The position numbers and the translations under genes were made by a program. The notes below the pieces were generated by a model. The model was not told the DNA's origin. It searched no databases and worked only from the letters and a program-made list of their open reading frames with translations. A stretch of DNA of 31,613 nucleotides from a virus (taxonomy: Duplodnaviria; Caudoviricetes). The stretch's first letter is position 1, and each line of letters starts with the position of its first letter. The stretch covers positions 1 to 31,613 of the IMG/VR virus record IMGVR_UViG_3300035135_001596; one strand, written 5' to 3'. Below, one piece after another: positions 27,561 to 31,613 of this stretch.

Positions 27561-27565
27561 GATTT

Positions 27566-29032
27566 ATGAATACAATTGATAGAGATTTTATTAGTAGTAA
27601 TTTTTCTGCTGTAAATCTTGTTGACGGATACTGTCAAGAACGTGTTAATTTTAATAAGGCAGATTTAGTTGAAAAGATTAATTTGTGGAAATATATTCTA
27701 GTACATAGGTGTAAAGCAAAACCACAAGAGTCAATTCTTATAGGTAGTCATACACTTAACATTGATTATATTGCTTCAATATATGCCGCGGCTGAACTTT
27801 CATTAATAATTACAGTTGTTGATTATATTAGAACAGACGACTTTCGTGATTCAAAGTATAAAGATCCAAAAACACAAGCACTTCTGCCAATACATATATT
27901 CTTACATGATTTCCCAAAAGATTTAGCTGAAAAGGATCCAGAAGCATTTTCAAAGTATATATACTTTCAAGAAATATCTGAAAGAACTTATAGCATTGTT
28001 GACGATGATATTAATTTTAAAATAGATAATCAATTTGACTACAGTCAAGCTATAAGTATTATGCCTAAGCCTGATGATATTCTAGTGAAGGCTACTAGTA
28101 GTGGAACTACTAACAAGCCTAAAATAATTGAACATACCCATGCATTCATTCGAGGAGTTGCTGAACGTAACATGTGGATGTTTGGCGGTACAGCTCTACA
28201 TGTAAAAAATCTTAACCATGGCGCTTCTGCTGCGGTAACATTATTTCCTGTTTTAGCAAATGATGATGTTAAACAACATGTAATTTATGCAATAAATGAA
28301 GACGACCCGTTAGAACATTTTGTTAAAAGTATAGAAGAATTTAGAGAAGATCTATGCACAGTGTCTTTTCCATATCCGTTCTTTATAGAAAGATTTATTG
28401 CATCCAGTAGGAAATTTAATCTAAATTGGCCTAACTTACGTGTCTTAGTTCTTACATACACCCTAGAAAGCATAAAACTTGCAGCTCGTGATGGTATTAT
28501 AAAGAATGTAACTAGTTTATTTGGGTCTAATGAAACATTAGGACCACTTTTTATTAATGTTTTTGATAAAGAAAACTGGGACAAAGATTCTCGATTATAT
28601 ACAAAATTCGATGACTGGTATAACTTAGAACTTTCAGAAGAAGGAAAGCTCATTGTAGAGTTACCTGTATATAATAGATTAGAAACAATGAATGATGTAT
28701 TTAAAATGGAGGATGGGTTTTGGGTACATCAAGGAAGATCAGATTTATTAAGGATCAATGGTGAAGACATTGAGATATCAAAAATTGACGACCTTAATAA
28801 ACAAAACGAAGACTTTTATGTTATAGTAGATACAATAAATCATTGTCTATATATAGCGTATTGGGTAGTCAAAACACAACAAGAAGTTGATGACTATATA
28901 AGCAAAGTAGAGTCTAATTTTAAGCAAATTGAAGTTAAACATGCAATGCAACTAAAAAAAGAAAATTATTACTATGGTTTTAAAATTGACAACGAACTAT
29001 TAAGAGAATATTTTAGACATCATATCTATTAG
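27566..29032 (+). CDS. Adenylate-forming enzyme (ANL superfamily, acyl-CoA/phenylacetate-CoA ligase-like)
   Basis: ATSSGTTNKPK P-loop, FGSNETLGP, ND and GRSDLLRINGE hinge motifs. Confidence 0.8.
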   Translation: MNTIDRDFISSNFSAVNLVDGYCQERVNFNKADLVEKINLWKYILVHRCKAKPQESILIGSHTLNIDYIASIYAAAELSLIITVVDYIRTDDFRDSKYKDPKTQALLPIHIFLHDFPKDLAEKDPEAFSKYIYFQEISERTYSIVDDDINFKIDNQFDYSQAISIMPKPDDILVKATSSGTTNKPKIIEHTHAFIRGVAERNMWMFGGTALHVKNLNHGASAAVTLFPVLANDDVKQHVIYAINEDDPLEHFVKSIEEFREDLCTVSFPYPFFIERFIASSRKFNLNWPNLRVLVLTYTLESIKLAARDGIIKNVTSLFGSNETLGPLFINVFDKENWDKDSRLYTKFDDWYNLELSEEGKLIVELPVYNRLETMNDVFKMEDGFWVHQGRSDLLRINGEDIEISKIDDLNKQNEDFYVIVDTINHCLYIAYWVVKTQQEVDDYISKVESNFKQIEVKHAMQLKKENYYYGFKIDNELLREYFRHHIY

Positions 29033-29041
29033 GAGACAACG

Positions 29042-29479
29042 ATGATCAAAGAAACACACGCAAGAACTATCGCAAAAGCAGTAATTTATAGAGCATTAGC
29101 TGTATTAGCTATTATGTTAATTTCAGTTTATATTATGGGAGCAACTTGGACAGAAGCAAGTCAAGTTGGTGCTATAGTTATTATTTTAGGAACAACAATT
29201 TATTATATTCATGAAAGAGCATGGCTGTTTACTACTTGGCTTCGACTAGGAGACGGTAAGGATAGACATTATCGTAGTCTAATTAAAACACTTATTTACA
29301 GAGGACTTACAATGATAGCTGCATTTATTGTTGCTACTTTTGTTCTTAAAGCATCAACAGGAGGTGCAACTAGTTTTGCTTTAATGCAGGCCGCGTCTAA
29401 TATGACCTTATTTTATATTGTTGAAAGAATATTTAATATGACTAATTGGGGAATAATGATTGACAACACCGCCGAATGA
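29042..29479 (+). CDS. Membrane protein with a duplicated DUF2061-like domain
   Basis: ETHARTIAKAVIYR...YYIHERAW is repeated as DRHYRSLIKTLIYR...FYIVERIF. Four hydrophobic segments. AGGAG Shine-Dalgarno upstream. Confidence 0.75.
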   Translation: MIKETHARTIAKAVIYRALAVLAIMLISVYIMGATWTEASQVGAIVIILGTTIYYIHERAWLFTTWLRLGDGKDRHYRSLIKTLIYRGLTMIAAFIVATFVLKASTGGATSFALMQAASNMTLFYIVERIFNMTNWGIMIDNTAE

Positions 29480-30341
29480 TAAGCGTTTGTTGCCATATGG
29501 CGGTGCCTTTGCTATACAAGATACAGAGATTATAGATTTTATAAAATCTGTAGACCTTGTTAATTCTTTGTGGGAAGAAGATATAACCCAACAATTTTGC
29601 AAAGAATATAAAAATTGGATTTCTACAACACAAATTAATAGTGTTAAATGTTTAGAAAAGTTTGAATATAGCGTTTATTCAAACGGAACTAGTCAAGCAT
29701 TTGACATGTTTTATATCAAAAACAAAGACAGACGCTTTAGATGCTGTAAAGGTGAGTATATGTATCATCAACTGGCATGGCGTAATAACTGGCCAAACTG
29801 GAAGTTTCTAGACGACGGCATTATTAAAGAAGGTGATGCAGTAGTAATTAGCTTGCCATTTTCCAATACAGGTAACAATCCTGATAATTTAAAAGTTCTA
29901 CTTAATCAATGTGACGAACTTAAGGTTCCTGTTTTACTTGATTGTGCTTATTTTGGTATTTGTGCAAATATAGATTTTGATTTTACACACGATTGTATTA
30001 CAGATATTGTGTTTAGTTTAAGTAAAACATTTCCAGTAGCACATGCTCGCATTGGTATGAGATTGACAAAAGTAGACGACGATGACTTAATGTTTGTATA
30101 TGATAAGATAAATTATAATAATCGTATAAGTGCTAAGTTGGGTTTAGAACTAATTCGCAAATATCCCCCAGACTACATATACAAAAAATACCAAGCCCAG
30201 CAAGAAGCAATGTGTAAAGACTTAAACATAAAGCAATCTAATACAGTTATGTTTGGATTAGACTTTAATAACTTATATCCTGAATATAATAGAGGATGCA
30301 ATGTTAATAGATTAGGGTTACATAAACATTATGCCGTCTAA
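29460..30341 (+). CDS. PLP-dependent enzyme (fold type I, aminotransferase class I/II-like)
   Basis: NGTSQAF, PFSNTG, LLDCAY (DxAY) and FSLSKTFPVAHARIG (PLP Lys and Arg). Start uncertain (TTG). Confidence 0.8.
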   Translation: MTTPPNDKRLLPYGGAFAIQDTEIIDFIKSVDLVNSLWEEDITQQFCKEYKNWISTTQINSVKCLEKFEYSVYSNGTSQAFDMFYIKNKDRRFRCCKGEYMYHQLAWRNNWPNWKFLDDGIIKEGDAVVISLPFSNTGNNPDNLKVLLNQCDELKVPVLLDCAYFGICANIDFDFTHDCITDIVFSLSKTFPVAHARIGMRLTKVDDDDLMFVYDKINYNNRISAKLGLELIRKYPPDYIYKKYQAQQEAMCKDLNIKQSNTVMFGLDFNNLYPEYNRGCNVNRLGLHKHYAV

Positions 30342-31392
30342 GATTATTAATTTTGAATATTTTCCTGCCATTGAAAGTGATACTTACAAACGTATTATAA
30401 CTGATATAGAAACAGCAGCAAATGAAGGATACACTTCTATTATAGGCTTATTGCTTGTAGATGGATTTCTATACAAGCACAACGATAAATGGAACCAACT
30501 ATACAACAAGATTGTATCCTATGCAAAAAATATTAATGTTAGTATTACAATAGTATCTGGAATGAGTCATGATAATGCAGTAAATTGCAAAACAATTCCG
30601 TTTGATTTTTATATGCATACAGTCTGGAATAGTTATAAAGATAAAGAATTAAGTAATTACAATCCTAATACTAACAAGTTTTTATTCTTAGGAGGAGTTC
30701 CGGATAGACTTAATAGAATAGGTTTATTATACAAATTATACAATGAAGGTTTGTTAGAAAATGCAGAATGGAGTTTCTTTCCACCTTGGACACAAAAGCA
30801 AAAAGAAAACTCATTAAAATATTTTCCTTCTACTAAAGAATATTATAATTTTATACAGTTTGCAGAACGCAAAGTAGATGACTTGTATGAATCTTCTAAA
30901 ACATACTGCACAAATGAAATTCCTATAGCAACAGAATGGACTAATAATAGTGCTTGGATTGATCCTAGTCTATATAGTCAAACTAGTCTAAGTGTAATAG
31001 CAGAAGGTCATCCAGGAGATAATAATAACAATAGTAAGTTCTTAACTGAAAAGATATTTAGAGTTTTTGTCCAAGGGCATCCGTTTTTATTAGGTGCAAA
31101 TCCTACAATTTTTAATTATATTAAAGAATTAGGATTTAAAACATTTGAAGAATATTTCCCTATTACAGACTATGCTGTAGATACCTCTGAAGATGTACGT
31201 CTAGAAAAACTAGTTACAAATTTACATTATTTTGTAAATAACGGTATAGATTGTGCTGAAGATATAGAGTATAACAAGAAACATTTTTTTAAACTAGCAA
31301 AAGAAAACGCAAATATACTAAACATATTAGATGCTAGTAAAGAAGAAATAAATTTTTTCTTTGACAGAAAAGGCTTTGGACATTTGATATGA
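30331..31392 (+). CDS. Hypothetical protein, GT-B/GT10-like glycosyltransferase-related
   Basis: KFLFLGG...R, LSVIAE...FLTEKIFRVFVQGHPF...GFKTF. The E...TEK arrangement resembles the GT10 nucleotide-sugar-binding motif. Confidence 0.6.
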   Translation: MPSKIINFEYFPAIESDTYKRIITDIETAANEGYTSIIGLLLVDGFLYKHNDKWNQLYNKIVSYAKNINVSITIVSGMSHDNAVNCKTIPFDFYMHTVWNSYKDKELSNYNPNTNKFLFLGGVPDRLNRIGLLYKLYNEGLLENAEWSFFPPWTQKQKENSLKYFPSTKEYYNFIQFAERKVDDLYESSKTYCTNEIPIATEWTNNSAWIDPSLYSQTSLSVIAEGHPGDNNNNSKFLTEKIFRVFVQGHPFLLGANPTIFNYIKELGFKTFEEYFPITDYAVDTSEDVRLEKLVTNLHYFVNNGIDCAEDIEYNKKHFFKLAKENANILNILDASKEEINFFFDRKGFGHLI

Positions 31393-31613
31393 TTATTAAG
31401 TCAAACAACGATTGGGATCCTTTAAAAGAAATAATTGTAGGTAGAGCAGATCGTGCTCGTATACCAACAGTTGACGCTAGTACTATGAGCATGAGCTATG
31501 CTAATTACAATATAGAAGATATAAAAGAGCTGGAGGGAGAATATCCACAGTGGCTTATAGACGAAGCAAACGAAGATGCAGAAGAGTTGTGTAGCGTATT
31601 GCGTAATGCAGGT
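31389..31613 (+). CDS. Amidinotransferase (glycine/inosamine-phosphate amidinotransferase family), N-terminus, 3'-truncated
   Basis: Not in the ORF track. Translates as MIIKSNNDWDPLKEIIVGRADRARIP...EANEDAEELCSVLRNAG, matching the family N-terminal SxxEWDPLxEVIVG. ATGA overlap with the upstream stop. Confidence 0.8.
   Translation, partial: MIIKSNNDWDPLKEIIVGRADRARIPTVDASTMSMSYANYNIEDIKELEGEYPQWLIDEANEDAEELCSVLRNAG

Noticed and set aside
676-29633. Short ORFs of 61-122 aa in the ORF track that overlap longer genes (e.g. 2296..2616, 6909..7256, 19562..19909, 28285..28653)
   Set aside because: They lie antisense to or within motif-bearing CDSs and have no recognisable motifs; treated as shadow ORFs.
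1-31613. RiPP cluster with a precursor peptide
   Set aside because: SPASM-type radical SAMs suggest it, but the intergenic gaps are too small for a precursor gene, and I saw no RRE/PqqD domain, peptidase or ABC exporter. A precursor outside the window cannot be excluded.
1-31613. Alternative genetic code (stop-codon reassignment)
   Set aside because: The standard code gives full-length, tightly abutting genes, and TAA, TAG and TGA all serve as stops.

Overview
AT-rich, gene-dense window of about 37 CDSs with tiny gaps or overlaps. I saw no rRNA, tRNA, CRISPR array or mobile element. It most likely comes from a large T4-like or jumbo phage of a Gram-negative host. This is inferred from T4-late-like promoter boxes, gene packing and an outer-membrane beta-barrel gene; no capsid or replication gene is in the window. 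Almost the whole window is one tailoring-enzyme island: 10 radical SAM enzymes (one truncated at the left edge), 7 2OG-Fe(II)/cupin oxygenases, a 5-fold repeated GT-A-like protein, two further GT-like proteins, a nucleotide-sugar dehydrogenase and epimerase, 2 short SDRs, a methyltransferase, a QueC-like PP-loop ATPase, an adenylate-forming ligase, a PLP enzyme, a GNAT-like protein, 2 degenerate kinase-like proteins and an amidinotransferase truncated at the right edge. All six first genes at the three divergent junctions start with TAA(A/G)TA-N5-ATG, which suggests leaderless late transcripts from back-to-back promoters. Several starts were moved from the ORF track where sequence signals supported it. 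Function calls come from motif recognition by eye, not from database searches.
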